NCBI GenBank assembly: GCA_963784065.1
Contig: CAWAQA010000009.1
Location: forward strand, 464,201 to 528,200
Length of the DNA: 64,000 bases
From: an uncultured Acidobacteriota bacterium
GTDB taxonomy: Bacteria > Acidobacteriota > Vicinamibacteria > Vicinamibacterales > UBA2999
Reading direction: 5' to 3'
The position numbers and the translations under genes are program-made. Every line of letters begins with the position of its first letter. Position 1 is the first letter of the stretch. The notes under the pieces are model-generated. The model saw only the letters and a program-made list of their open reading frames with translations, made no database searches and was not told the origin of the DNA. Shown here in pieces: positions 47,503 through 59,469 of this stretch.

Positions 47503-49258
47503 ATGAGACGAGCAATCAAAGAGGCTACAGTGATCCGAACGGAACGACAGATGGTGGGCAGAGGGAGGTACCTGCGGTCGGCGTGGACGCTGGCGGCCAT
47601 CGTCAGCTGCAGTGACGACGCGCTGCGCGGCCAGGCGACCGTCTCTGCGCCGCGGCAGGTGACGGTCTACGCCGGCGCACCCACGCCGCCAGCCGTGACG
47701 ATCAGCATCTCACCCGTCAATGCGGCGGTGCAGCCGGGCGGGATCATCCGCTTCACGGTAGACGTCCGCGGCACCCGCAACACGAGCATCGACTGGACGA
47801 GCGCCGGTGGCAGCATCGCGTCCGATGGGACCTTCACAGCCGGGCAGGCCATGGGCACGTTTACCGTCAAGGCAACCGTCCGTGGCGGAACCCTGTCCGG
47901 GTCTACCCCGGTGCGGGTCCAGCGTTACGCCGGTAATTACGTCGACATCACGCCCGGGCAGGATATTCAGGCGCGCATCAACCAGTTGCCAGGAGGAACC
48001 ACGTTCCGCTTGAAAGCCGGGATTCACCGGTTGTCGTCGGCGCTGATCCTGAAGTCCAACACCATCCTCACGGGAGAACCCGGAGCGGTGGTGTCAGGGG
48101 GGCGACTGCTCAGCAACTTCTCCCGCTCGGGCAACCATTGGGTCGCCGCTGGCCAGACGCAGCAAGGGCGCACGCAGGGCGTCTGCAGGAGCGAGAATCC
48201 GCGATGCGCGAATCCCGAGGATCTCTACATCAACGACGTCAAGCTGCACCACGTGGCGTCGCTGGCCCAGGTCGGCCCTGGGAAGTGGGTACTTCGATTA
48301 CGCCGCTGACCGCATCTACTTCGCCAATGATCCGTCCGGCAAGCGAGTCGAAACGACGGTGGCCGTTGCGGCCTTCGGCGGCAACGCGACCGACGTGACC
48401 ATCCAGGGGCTGACCATCGAGAAGTTCGCCAACCCGGCACAATCCGGGGCGATCGCCGGTGAGTCGAGCATGGCCTGGACGATCCGCGACAATGAGGTTC
48501 GCTTCAACCATGGCATTGGCGTGCGCATCGGCCACCGCATGAAAGTGCTCAACAACCGCCTCCTCAGGAACGGCCAGATGGGCATTGGCGGCGTCGGCGA
48601 TAACGTGCTCGTCGAAGACAACGAAATCGCCTACAACAACACCGCCGGTTTCGACCCGGGATGGGAGGCCGGTGGAACCAAGTTCGTCAAAACCAACTCG
48701 CTGGTGGTGAGAAACAACCTTTCCCACCACAACGACGGTCCCGGGTTGTGGACCGACATCGACAACCGGAATACCATGTACGAGGGCAACCGGGTTGAGG
48801 ATAACCGCCGAACGGGCATCTACCACGAGATCAGCTACTCCGCCGTCATCCGCAACAACACCGTCAAGCGGAATGGGTTCGGCATGTCGGCCTGGCTGTG
48901 GGGCGCCGGGATTCTGGTTGCGGCGTCGCCCGACGTCGAGGTCTATGGGAATACGGTCGAGGGAAACGCGGACGGGATCGCAGGCGTGCAGCAGCCTCGC
49001 GGCTCCGGCGCATACGGTCCGCACGAGACGTCGAACCTCTGGGTGCATCACAACACGATCACGATGACCGACGGGCTCACCGGATTCGCGCAGGACTTCG
49101 GCGACTACTCGTATTACAAGTCGCGGAACATCAGGTTCGATCAGAACACGTATCAGCTTGGCGCCGGCGCGCGCTACTTCGCGTGGATGAATGGAGAACG
49201 CACGGACGCGGAGTGGCGTCAGTACGGCCACGACGTCAATGGGACGATTTCTCGCTGA
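47503..49258 (+). pseudogene. secreted Big_2-like + right-handed parallel beta-helix repeat protein (possible glycanase/lyase/epimerase); one frame change at 48289
   Basis: ISISPVNAAVQPGGIIRFTVDV...FTVKATV, then repeated beta-helix rungs (IRDNEVRFNHGIGVRIG, VLNNRLLRNGQMGIGG, VEDNEIAYNN, VRNNLSHHNDGPGLWTD, YEGNRVEDNRRTGIYHE, IRNNTVKRNG, VYGNTVEGNADGI). Confidence 0.75.
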
Positions 49259-49620
49259 CCTCCTGACGCACCTGTACGACTGCCGATCCCGAGTCCGTCC
49301 GGGATCGGCAGTCTCGACGATGGCGGGCACGCCCCCCCGCGTTGGCGGCAAGGTTCCACGGTTTCCTGGCGATTTCTTTTCACCGCGACAGCGAGATCCG
49401 GCTTGGATCTCCAGTAGTCGTTCCAGAACTCGCGGTCCGTTATTTGATTGGCCATCGTCCCACGTCACGCGCGCTTTACACCTCTGCCGATACCGATACG
49501 GGCAGGATCGGCTGCCGTCCTCTTTGGCGAAGCACCACGCGCTGCTGGCGGACCGCCGCCAGACCGAGGCCGACAAGGCACCAGAACCACACACCACCTT
49601 GCGGGCCTTCGAGGAACACG

Positions 49621-51027
49621 TCAAACGACGCGTTGACGAGAAATGCCGTCCAATAGGCAAGGATCCACAGGTCGATGCGGGCCCATTCCCATGCGGCACG
49701 CCGCCGTGCGGACAGGGTACGCGCGTCCGACGGTGACCGCGAAGGAGAGCTGGAATAGGATCCACAGCGTCAATCCCGGAACACCTGCCCTGGCAAGCAT
49801 CGTGAGGTGTCCGTTGTGCGGGCTGCGCAGCGGAGCGTCGTCGAACGAGGACACCTGAAAGCCATCGTCGTCGGCCAGGTTGAGGCCGAACCCTTTTCCC
49901 GTCCAGAAATAGGGTCCCGCGAAGGTGTAGCCGACGATGCTGTCCCACCAATCGAGGCGCCACTGGCGAGTTCGGCTCAGCGCGTCGTCGTTGTCGGTCT
50001 TCCAGAGGCTCGACAGGTTCGCCACGATCTGCGCCGGTGTCAGCTGCCTTCCCCCCGAGTCGTCGCGGTGGGTGCTACCGTCTGCGCCGACCACTGCCAT
50101 GACCACGCTCCAACCCAGTATCAGCACGAACATCGCGACAAGAATCAGGCGTCGCCCGGTTCTCCACGGATCCAGCAGCGCCACGACCGATAGCGCGGCG
50201 GCGACAGCGACAAAGCCGCCGCGACTCTTTGCGAGCACGCACAGCAGCGCTGCCAGCCAGACGATCCAGAACGTCCGCCACCGGGCCGAGGCCCACTGCT
50301 TGCCGTCCGTGGAAAGCGTGGTCGACTGGTGAACGAAGACAAAGGCGCCCACGCCGGCGAGGTGAACCCCCATGTCGCCGAGCTTGGCCGTGATGATGGG
50401 AACCCCGGTGCCCGGCAAGTTCGGCATGCCGTCGCCAAGCAGCTCCGCAGCGGCGACCGCCAGAGGCACCCACACGACGTACCAGGGCGCGAAGCGCCGA
50501 TAGGTGGCGACGACGCAGTGGACCCGGTTGGTGGCGAGGAGGCAGGCGGCGACGACGATGGCGAACGCACTGTATCCCCAGAGCACAGCGTCGCGGAGAG
50601 CGTCCATGCCGAAAGCATCGAAGTAGGGGACCGTGCGCGCGGCGCCCCACAGCATCAACGCCAGCATCATCAACCCCGCGGGCTGGCGCACGACTGTCAG
50701 TAGCCGCCTGCTGAACAGCGACGCGGCGAGACCGCAGAGCAGCGTGAGCTCGCCGACGAACACCGGCGGACTCCCGAGATACGCAAAGCTTCGACCCAGA
50801 CAGGCGTAACCGCCGAGCACAACCATCAGCAGTGTGAGAAACGCCGTCGGCAACCAGCGTGCGCCTACGATGGCAAAGCCGAGAAGTGCGGCACTCCCGA
50901 TCACCGCGGCTGCGAGCAGCGGTGCGCGCACGACACACAAGGCTCCGCCCGTGGCGACGCCAGCGACCAGGGCGCAGCGACACGTCACGCTCATGGCGGC
51001 TCGAAAGGGACTGGCGGTCGTCAGCAC
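49621..51027 (-). CDS. O-antigen ligase / Wzy-like polymerase family membrane protein
   Basis: Intact 468-aa polytopic ORF with a Wzy_C-like loop (SPHNGHLTMLARAGVPG). The GTG start overlaps the upstream glycosyltransferase stop codon. Confidence 0.75.
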   Translation of the reverse strand: MLTTASPFRAAMSVTCRCALVAGVATGGALCVVRAPLLAAAVIGSAALLGFAIVGARWLPTAFLTLLMVVLGGYACLGRSFAYLGSPPVFVGELTLLCGLAASLFSRRLLTVVRQPAGLMMLALMLWGAARTVPYFDAFGMDALRDAVLWGYSAFAIVVAACLLATNRVHCVVATYRRFAPWYVVWVPLAVAAAELLGDGMPNLPGTGVPIITAKLGDMGVHLAGVGAFVFVHQSTTLSTDGKQWASARWRTFWIVWLAALLCVLAKSRGGFVAVAAALSVVALLDPWRTGRRLILVAMFVLILGWSVVMAVVGADGSTHRDDSGGRQLTPAQIVANLSSLWKTDNDDALSRTRQWRLDWWDSIVGYTFAGPYFWTGKGFGLNLADDDGFQVSSFDDAPLRSPHNGHLTMLARAGVPGLTLWILFQLSFAVTVGRAYPVRTAACRMGMGPHRPVDPCLLDGISRQRVV

Positions 51028-52496
51028 GCGGTCACATCCGTCGTGTGCGGCGCAGCGGTGCCCTTGACTTCCTCGCCGTGGACCGCGCCCGTCGGAGCAG
51101 ACGCTCGCTCATTACTCGCGCCAGCCCGTCGCGTTTCGCGCCCCGACACGTGGTGATAGATGTCGGCGATGCGGTGAGCGATCGCGTCCCAGCTCAGCTC
51201 GCCGGCACGATCCAGAGCCGCTTGCGACAGCGTCGCCAGCACATGCGGCTCTGTAATCAGGCGATCGAGCGCGGCGGCGAATCCGGCGATGCTCGTCTCG
51301 GGGTCGCGCAAGGGCACCTTGATCCCACACGCGTTTGTCACCGCCGTACCCATGCCGCAGGCGTCGTGGCAGATCACAGGGAGCCCGTACGAGAGCGCCT
51401 CGAGCACGGTGTGCGGAGTTCCCTCCTGAACTCCAGTGAATGCCAGGATGTCAGCGGTCGCGATCTCGGCAACCGCCATCGCGCGGGGCAGCCAGCCCGT
51501 CCACCGGACCTGTGTCGAAATCCGAAGGCGCGCGGCCAGGGCACGCCATCGCGCGTGCTCGGGACCGTCTCCCAACACCACCAGTTCAAGACGCCAGCGC
51601 TCCGCGTCTGGCAGAGTGGCCACGGCCTCGAGTAGAATCGGCAACGCCTTCCGGCCAACGTGGATCCCGCTCCAGATGACGCGCAGCGGCCGGGACGGAT
51701 CGTAGATACGCACGCGTCCGTCGGCCCGGGGCGAAGTACCCGTTTCCCCCATTCGCTGGACACCGCATCCCCAGATCTCCGCGACCAGCCGTTCCTCGGC
51801 GTCGCCGATCGCCCAGAGATGGCGAGCGCGGCGCGCCGCGCGGCGGCAGCGAATCGACGTACGCTGCTGCACCCAGTTGAGAAGATTGCGCGGCCGGTAA
51901 TAGAGCTGTTCCCTCCACCCCATCATCCGGAGGAATGGCGGCGGAACGTTCGCGGCGCCGCCTATTGGCCCCCACACGAAGGGGACCGGCAGCTTCCACA
52001 GGTAACCGGGCTCACGGAATCCCGTCATCGTCAAATGGTGAATCACGTCGAACGGCATCCGCCGATGCAGTTGCCGGGCTTCTCTGTACGCGGCCTTCTG
52101 CCATGCACGATAGCCTGCGTAGTAGAACGTGCGCCGCAGGAAGAGGCTTTCGCGCTGCAGCAGGTACGACAGCGCCGGACCGTCGACGAAGTGGAACGTC
52201 AACCCGGACACTGGACCGTGCGTCCGCAAATGGGCGGTGATCTCATCGCGCAGCACCGATCGGCGCGGCGGTTCCCCGGGCGAGCAGAGAACGGTCACAT
52301 CGTGACGTGCAGCCAGCCGCACGCACAGGTTCCATCCCACGCCGGGCTCAGACCCGCGCGCCGGCGATACCGCGAACGCCGACACCAGCACACGCCTCCG
52401 CACCGACGTTCGCTCCTCTGCACCGCTCGCGGAGAGAGACGCAGCGGCGGGGACGAGCGTCGTCATGGGCGACAACTCGCCCGGGTCATCGATCAT
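51021..52496 (-). CDS. glycosyltransferase family 4 (GT-B)
   Basis: Intact ORF. N-terminus: VLVSAFAVSPARGSEPGVGW. C-terminal GT1/GT4 signature: AFTGVQEGTPHTVLEALSYGLPVICHDACG. Alternative start at 52466. Confidence 0.8.
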   Translation of the reverse strand: MIDDPGELSPMTTLVPAAASLSASGAEERTSVRRRVLVSAFAVSPARGSEPGVGWNLCVRLAARHDVTVLCSPGEPPRRSVLRDEITAHLRTHGPVSGLTFHFVDGPALSYLLQRESLFLRRTFYYAGYRAWQKAAYREARQLHRRMPFDVIHHLTMTGFREPGYLWKLPVPFVWGPIGGAANVPPPFLRMMGWREQLYYRPRNLLNWVQQRTSIRCRRAARRARHLWAIGDAEERLVAEIWGCGVQRMGETGTSPRADGRVRIYDPSRPLRVIWSGIHVGRKALPILLEAVATLPDAERWRLELVVLGDGPEHARWRALAARLRISTQVRWTGWLPRAMAVAEIATADILAFTGVQEGTPHTVLEALSYGLPVICHDACGMGTAVTNACGIKVPLRDPETSIAGFAAALDRLITEPHVLATLSQAALDRAGELSWDAIAHRIADIYHHVSGRETRRAGASNERASAPTGAVHGEEVKGTAAPHTTDVTAC

Positions 52497-52535
52497 CTCC
52501 AGGGCTGCCGGATCGGCCTCCTACGCAGGTTCGTG

Positions 52536-53945
52536 TCACGCCGGGCTCACCTTTGGCCGCTGCGAACGCAGCATCCGGACGTAGGTATCGAGCGCACGCC
52601 AGGTGGCAGGCCACAGCCCGGCGGCGACGACGCCAGCGGATGCCATCCAACCGAAGGTGGGAACGAACATGAGCATGCCGCTCGCGAGCGCCCACACCGC
52701 GGGAAGCGTGTAGTCCGGAACGCCGGCCACACGCTTCAGGAAGATGTGAGCGAGCAGGTACGAGGGTAAGACGGCGATCTCCGCAAGACCTACGCCGACG
52801 ATCCCGTAAGACGGCACGAGGTACGCCGCGACGGCGAATAGCAGCGTGACGTAGACGATGAAGAAGGTGCCCACAAGAGCATTTCTACCGAACACATACA
52901 AGAGCGAAGTGTGCAGGCTGAACAGCGCGTTACACAGCGCACCCACGGCCAAGTAGGGAAACACCTGGAGGACAGGCGCCCATTCCGTCCAACGGTCCTG
53001 AAACAGCACCGGCATCACATACTGACCCAGAATCGCGCAGCCAGCGAGCGGCACCGCGACGCCGAGCACCTGGAGCCGCATTCCCTCACTCACCGCCGCA
53101 ACGGACCGCCGTCGATCCCCACTGAAGCGGGCGAAGGCGCTGAGCGCCAGCCGCGAGCTCGTCGCTCTCACGAGGCTGAGCAGGTCAACGAGTCTGGAGG
53201 CGAGCCCCACGTACCCGACGGCAGCGGACCCGGCCCACGGCAGCAGGAGGAGCGGGCTGATCAGCGACCTCGCGTGCCACACCGACTGCGACGATGCGTA
53301 CCCGACCCCATAACGCATCATGACGACGGCGCGGGGGCGGTTCCAGAACAGCCGCGGCCGATAATGGGAAACTCGGAAGAGCAGGGTCGCGACGTACGCC
53401 TGCTGCACCCACCAGCCGCAGATCGGCGACCATGCCTGCATGTCGAGGAACGCGGCTGCGACCGAAACAACATGAAGGAGTGCCGATCCGGTGATCTGGA
53501 CGATGGCCAACCGCCGGTAGTCAAGGGCGCGCTCGAGGCGAGCCGTCGGCACAAGTGTTAGCAGGCTGACGGGCAGGCCGGCGAAGAGCGCCAGCGCCAG
53601 CGGCGCAAACCCCGGCGCGTGCGTCCAATGCTGGATAGCGAATACAGCAGCGATGCCGCAGAGAGACGCCACGCTTCCAGTGGCGAGCAGGATCGTAAAA
53701 CCAAGATGATAGTCATTCTCGTCCAACGGTCCCTGGCGGCGGATCAGGAACACGTCGAGGCCGAACTGACCGAGGAAGTAGAAGTACGTGAAGATCCCGA
53801 GGGCCGCGACAAACAGACCGTAGTTTGCCGGCCCGATCTGCCGCGTGAGCACCAATACTCCGGCGGCGCTCAAGAGGATCCCGATCGCCTGTTGTGCGGC
53901 CAGGAAGAAGCCCCCCCGTAGGACCTGCTGCCTCAAGCTGGTCAT
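52536..53945 (-). CDS. Wzx-like oligosaccharide flippase (MOP superfamily polysaccharide biosynthesis protein)
   Basis: Intact 469-aa ORF with about 12-14 hydrophobic helices and the N-terminus LRQQVLRGGFFLAAQQAIGILLSAAGVLVLTRQIGPANYGLF, typical of Wzx/RfbX. Confidence 0.8.
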   Translation of the reverse strand: MTSLRQQVLRGGFFLAAQQAIGILLSAAGVLVLTRQIGPANYGLFVAALGIFTYFYFLGQFGLDVFLIRRQGPLDENDYHLGFTILLATGSVASLCGIAAVFAIQHWTHAPGFAPLALALFAGLPVSLLTLVPTARLERALDYRRLAIVQITGSALLHVVSVAAAFLDMQAWSPICGWWVQQAYVATLLFRVSHYRPRLFWNRPRAVVMMRYGVGYASSQSVWHARSLISPLLLLPWAGSAAVGYVGLASRLVDLLSLVRATSSRLALSAFARFSGDRRRSVAAVSEGMRLQVLGVAVPLAGCAILGQYVMPVLFQDRWTEWAPVLQVFPYLAVGALCNALFSLHTSLLYVFGRNALVGTFFIVYVTLLFAVAAYLVPSYGIVGVGLAEIAVLPSYLLAHIFLKRVAGVPDYTLPAVWALASGMLMFVPTFGWMASAGVVAAGLWPATWRALDTYVRMLRSQRPKVSPA

Positions 53946-54943
53946 CGCTCAGCCCGGTGAGAATGCGCCGGCGTTGTGCGGCCGGAGCGCGGCGCTGCGT
54001 TGCGAACGCGACGAGCCGAGGCGGACAACACTTGCGTCCACAGCCGCCGAACTGCGTAGACAGGGTGCGCCGCGGCGGCGCCGGCGAGCCACAGCGACGC
54101 CGCGATCGGCCGGCCTCCCGCTATACGCAACGCTGCGGTTCGGTAACAGTACCGCGCTGAACATCTGCAGCCCGGTCGACGCCCTATCGATGACGGAGCG
54201 CTCCGGTTCCCGACGGATGTACTCGTCCCGCGTAAAGGTCCGCCCCACGAGCCGGGCGCGGCGTCGCTCCCGCACATAGCGTGCGAGCTCATGTTGCCTG
54301 GTGAAGGTTTTCGTGCTGACACTGCCCGAGTGGACCCGGTAAAGCACCAGCGGCTCGGGTATCGTCAGCGTCGGCCCGAGCTCCGCTATCCGGTCCAACA
54401 GTTCGAGATCTTCGGTGGAATCGAAGGACGAGTCGTACCCGCCGGCGGCCAGCAGCACGTCGCGCCGCACGAACCACGTCGTGTGACTCACGTACCCGTC
54501 CTCTCCACGTGCCCGTTGCGCCGTGAATTCGGCGATGGTCGTTGGACCGTTGCGGCTCACGCCGAACACCGTCTCCGCATCGTTCATGTACAGGGCCCAG
54601 CTCCCCACAACACGACCTCGGGCGCCGCGGCGGCGGCGGCGAGCTGCCGCTCCAGCCGGTGGGGCAAAGCGATGTCGTCGGCGTCCATCCGGGCAATCCA
54701 CGCCTGCCGCGCCGCGGCGATGCCACGGTTAGCGGCGCCGCTGATGCCCTGATGCGCGGCTTCGATGACGCGTACGCGCGCGTCCCGCGCAGCGCAGGAA
54801 CGCAGGATCGCCGCCGTTCGATCCGTCGAGCCGTCGTCGACCGCGATCAGCTCGAAGTCGGTGTAGGTTTGCGCGAGCATGCTCTCGACTGCCCTTGCGA
54901 TGTACCGCTCCGCGTTGTAGGCACCGATGACCACCGAGATCAC
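53942..54943 (-). pseudogene. glycosyltransferase family 2; one G-run deletion at about 54610 and a possible second change near the 3-prime end
   Basis: GTG start at 54943 after GAGAGGAGGG. Motifs: ISVVIGAYNAERYIARAVESMLAQTY.DFELIAVDDGSTD and ARMDADDIALPHRLE. The next frame continues WALYMNDAETVFG...VRRDVLLAAGGYD. Confidence 0.8.
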
Positions 54944-55322
54944 GACTACCCTCCTCTCACCGCGTGGCAGACCTTGGCAGCCGCCGCCGCAGCAGACGTT
55001 CGAGACGACGGCGCGCCATGTACCGCCGCCTGCGATGGACCAATCATGCGCGGCAGGTTGCGACTGGTCCTCGGCGTCCGTGCTCCAGACGAGGAGCACT
55101 ATGGCCGCCGGACCGCCGATCGAGACTGCGCGGGGTGAAGAGACTTCATCAAGTCTGGCGGAAGCCAGCCATGAGGAGCGAGGAGACCAGCCTGACCAAG
55201 AGCTGCGTCAGGTTGACCCCTCGCCTCGCTGGACTGACGTTTCTGATGAGGGCCGACGCCTCATGCGCGAATGCAGAACGGGCGCTCGATGACAATCGCA
55301 GCTCGATCTCGGTGGTCTTTTC

Positions 55323-56562
55323 TAATTCATCTTGGTCGTGGAGCAGGTCCACGATGTCTGCGCCGCGTTGTTGGGGTCGCAATCATGGTCCGGACTCGAA
55401 CCGTAGGTGACGCCGCACGCCAGTTCGAAGTTGCTTCTCGCACTGGCGAGCGCCTGGGCGGGGGAGGATCCGGTGCCATTGGCCGCGCAGTGCCCGCCAG
55501 CGGGTGGCCCACCGGCTGGTGGCGGGTAAATCGGCGATTGATCGATGTTGCTGGTCGAGCAGGTCCATGACGTCTGCGCCGCATTGTTGGGGTCGCAGTC
55601 ATGCTCCGGTCTGGATCCGTAAGGGACGCCGCAGGTCAGCTCGAAGTCGCTCCTCGCATTGCTGAGGGCCTCGGACGGCGTCGATCCTGTACCGTAACGG
55701 AACAGGCAGTGCCGGGGTCAGGATCCGGATCCGGGTCGGGCCCTGGTGAACCGCTGCCGTCAGCGAAGAAGGCCTTCAGTTTCGCGAAGGTGCCGTTCTG
55801 GTCGCCGTTCTTCAGCCAGGACCATACCTCGCCGGCATCGGACACGTCGGCGATGACCTGCCATGACAGCCCAATCCGCATGCGACTCCATACCCACCGC
55901 AGGTCAGCGTCGGCGTGATTGGCAAGCCACGCGACGTCCGCCTGGTTCGACGTCGCCAGGTTGCTGTTCTGATCGCTGATATGAATCGCCCTGACGCCGG
56001 TGCTCGGCAGGTCGCCCCAGGTGCAGGAGCCGTTGTGCTGATGGGCGTCATTCCAGGTCGAGTGCGAGACGACCGTCACATACTGCCGTTTGAACGCGTC
56101 GGAACGGCGGATCCCCTGACATACGGTTTCCATCGGCCCCATCGCCAGGATATAGAGCGGGTCGCTGGACGACGATTTGCTGATCTCGGTGGCGAGATGG
56201 TCGTAGGCCGCTGAGGGATTACTGATGGCGCTGTAAAAGATGTTGCTGGGAAAACCGAATCGGGACGCCGCGCCGACCACGCTGGCCGTCATATCCTGCT
56301 GCTGCGCGCTGTTGTAACTGCTCCAGATATGGTTGTTGTATTCGAAGTGAACCAGCTTCTGCCTGAGTCCAGCCTTCGCAATGATTGCCAGCGTCATCGG
56401 GCTGGCACCGATATCGTCGCGGTCGTGGTCGTTGCCGTCTGCGCTGATCGCCAGCCGTCCCGGGAATTCCGCAAGCGCCGGCGCTGGAAGGCCCACTAGT
56501 AGCAACAGGATCCCGCACGAACAACATGCTGTCGTGTGAAGAAACTCTTTGCGAAACGTCAT
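55323..56562 (-). pseudogene. secreted protein: unknown N-terminal domain, (PD)n linker, two tandem 4-Cys C-terminal repeats; one frame change near 55715
   Basis: GGAGGTGAA precedes the ATG at 56562. Signal peptide: CGILLLLVGLPAPALA. ISADGNDHDRDDIGASP is a nucleoside-hydrolase-like Asp cluster (weak resemblance). PDPDPDPDPG linker. The unit HC..(N/Y)GTGS.P..AL..ARS.FEL.CGV.YGS.P.HDCDPNNAAQTSWTCST occurs twice, with a stop at 55323. Confidence 0.55.
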
Positions 56563-59469
56563 TTCACCTCCAGAGTCAGAGTAAGAACGGGCGCGGGCGA
56601 CAAATCGCAGGATTTGTACGAATTGACCCGCGCCGGTCCATTCAGAGCGGGGCTCGCGCAGAGCAGCAAAGAGGGGCGAACCAGGATCTCTCCTACTCCG
56701 CACCGTCGATCGCACGCTGCGCTGTTTGCTGGCAGCGTTCCATCGCCTCGCGTGGTATGCGGGCGCTCTCGTGCTCGGATCGATTCCGAACCCTTTCGGG
56801 CGTCACGCACTCATCGGGGGACTGCCATTGATCGTCACGTCGGTGCCGCACACGCCGCGACGTCTGCAGATCGATGCGGCGCGCCGAACCGAGGCAAGGA
56901 TGCGGCCAACCGTCGTCGCCCGTGTCCGGAGGAAAGACGCGCGAATCGCGCCTCGCTGACGATCGGAACGTCGCCGATGAAAACTCAACCGGCCGGAATG
57001 TTCTACACCTGGGACACAGATCCTATGGGAGGGCAACGGCGGCCCTGAAGGTGACTTACATGCTCGACGCACTCTGCGCAGGATGAGTCTCGAGAGCTGT
57101 CAGTATCGCTCCTGGTACTAACGCGGTGGATAAGGGGAGATTCCCGACTATCTCCTCGCCCTTGGCGCCGGGTGCACTCGCCGCTGCCTGCGCGATCGTC
57201 GTGTTCCTGTCGATCCGGAAGAAGTCGTAGACGAACGTTGTCCCGGCTGCTCCGCCCTGACTCGTCATCAGTCCGGCGAGGGATGTGCCCGCCGCAGCTC
57301 CGACGTTGTTGCTGAACCAGGCGGCAGGCACGCCGCCGACATCGTGGGCGAACACCACGGTGCCGCTGGTGTTCAGCTCGTAGTAAGCGCGTACCGTGTG
57401 CGTCGCTGGATCGCCCGACGAGGAACAGGTCGAGATTGACGACCGCAGCGACCCAGCGGCAACGTCGCCACCTCGGTGAAGACACCGCCGATCTCTGTCG
57501 CCACTTGTACCGACTGGGCACCGCCCGATCCTCCGATGATGCCCAATCGGACGTAGTTGTCCTGGTCCGGTCCGAAGAACACCGCAGCCACGTGGCCGAT
57601 CGCCGCCGTAACACTGTTAAACGGCTCGACGATCCGCGTCCACACGCGGAAAGCGGTGCTGCTGTTGAACCCGACCTGCAGCGCGTTGACCTGGCTGTTC
57701 GCCGTTGCTTGCGCCGTCCCCGCGCTCGTACCGATCGCAAGGAATCCGCCGGCGGCACCGACGTTGATAGCGGTGGTGTTCAACCGCGGCCCGACTGTCG
57801 CGATCTGGGCGCCGGTGAACCCGGAGTTGGCGATCTTGCCGAGCGGTGCGTCGCCCGGGTTCCACTCGAATGCCAGCGGCACCGCCGTCGCGGACCCATT
57901 CTGCGCGTCATAGTGAAGTTGGTCAGTGGTATTCGCCAACCCGTCGCCGTCGATATTCGGATCGGTGGCATCGCCCACGTGGTCGCCATCGAATCGGGCG
58001 GAACGCTGGCCGCACTGCATGGGTCGGTGCCGTTTGCCGCTTCGTCAGCATCAGAGAATCCGTCGCCGTCGTCATCGGTGCTGGAGGCCGTCGGACAGGT
58101 GGAGGCGGTTCGTTCGGGACGAGCAGCGACACCTGGTCGCCGCCGTGCTCCGCGACATAGATGATGCCGGCGGCATCCGTGGTCACATCGAGCGGCTGGA
58201 TGAATGCGCCGAGGCCAATTTCGCCAAGTACCGCCGTTCCGTTGGCATTGAGCACGACGCGGCGCACGTTCTGGTTGCCCGCGTAAGTGGCGCTGATCAG
58301 GTTTCCCTGCAGGGCTCCGCTGAACGCATTCGACCCGTATTCCGCGATTCCGTTCGTGCTGGCGCCCTGGTTGTACGAGAGCAGCGACGGCGAATAATCC
58401 GGGTCCGGCGTCTGCGCCGGAACGTAGAGTGTGCCGTCCTTGAGCACACATTCGTTGCGTGCGGGGTTCGGGTGCCCGCCGTAATCTCCCTGCTCCACCC
58501 GGTGGAGCGTGTCGGCCAGCGTGCCCGGGTTGATCGATGGCGTGCTGCATCCGTCGGTGCTGCCCGGCGTATTCCCGAGGCCGGCATTACCGGCGTTCTC
58601 GTTCAGATACAGGTGTCCATTACTGTGCCACACCAGGTCATATGCGTTCCGGAAGCCGGTGGCGAAGAGTTCCAGCACGCCGGCGAGCGGTGCCATCTGG
58701 GACGCCGACGCGACCCGGTCACATCAATCGGCAGCGTATGGCCGGCAAGCGACGCCAACGTTCAGGCGCATGACGGCAGCAGCCAGGTAGTACTCCGGCA
58801 GCATGCTGAAGAACGTGCTCGGTTGACCATAGTTGGTGTTGCCGCCGAGCGCGAAGTGCATCCAGCCGTCCGGGCCGAATTCGATGGCGTTGGGGCCATG
58901 GTTTTCGCGTGACCGCGGCAGTCCGGTAATGAGATCTTCGCACCTGCACGACCTGATAGTTGCCGCCGGTGCCGGGCTGCAGCCGCAGGCGCGTGGCCAT
59001 CCCCGACCAGTGTCGATCGACAAGGCGACGGCACTGTTGTTGTCGCCGATGCGTGGATCGCTATGTGTAACGTAGAGCACGATCTCGGCGGCGGAGCTCT
59101 CCGGGCCTATCGCGATGCCCGTCACCTGACGCCCCGTTGGACTGCCGGCCACAAACGTGCAGTTGTTCGGGTTTCCGCCGATGTTGCACGTTCGCGTCGG
59201 CTTGATGGCGATCTGGTTCAGCACCTGGACGTGCGTCACCGCGACCTGGGTAGTCGAGGCGAGCTTCGTCGGATCGAGCGTCAGGACGTAGATGAGGCCG
59301 TTCTGCGACGACACGTACAGGCGTCCGTCGGGCCCGAGGGTAATGCTGGTCGGGTTGTCGAATCCGGTAATCCCCGAGCGCCGGTCCCGAGGTGGCGCCG
59401 CTTTTGACCAGCACCTTTCTCGTAAAGCTGATCGTCGACGGCGCCGGTTCCGCATTCACGACGCCACCG

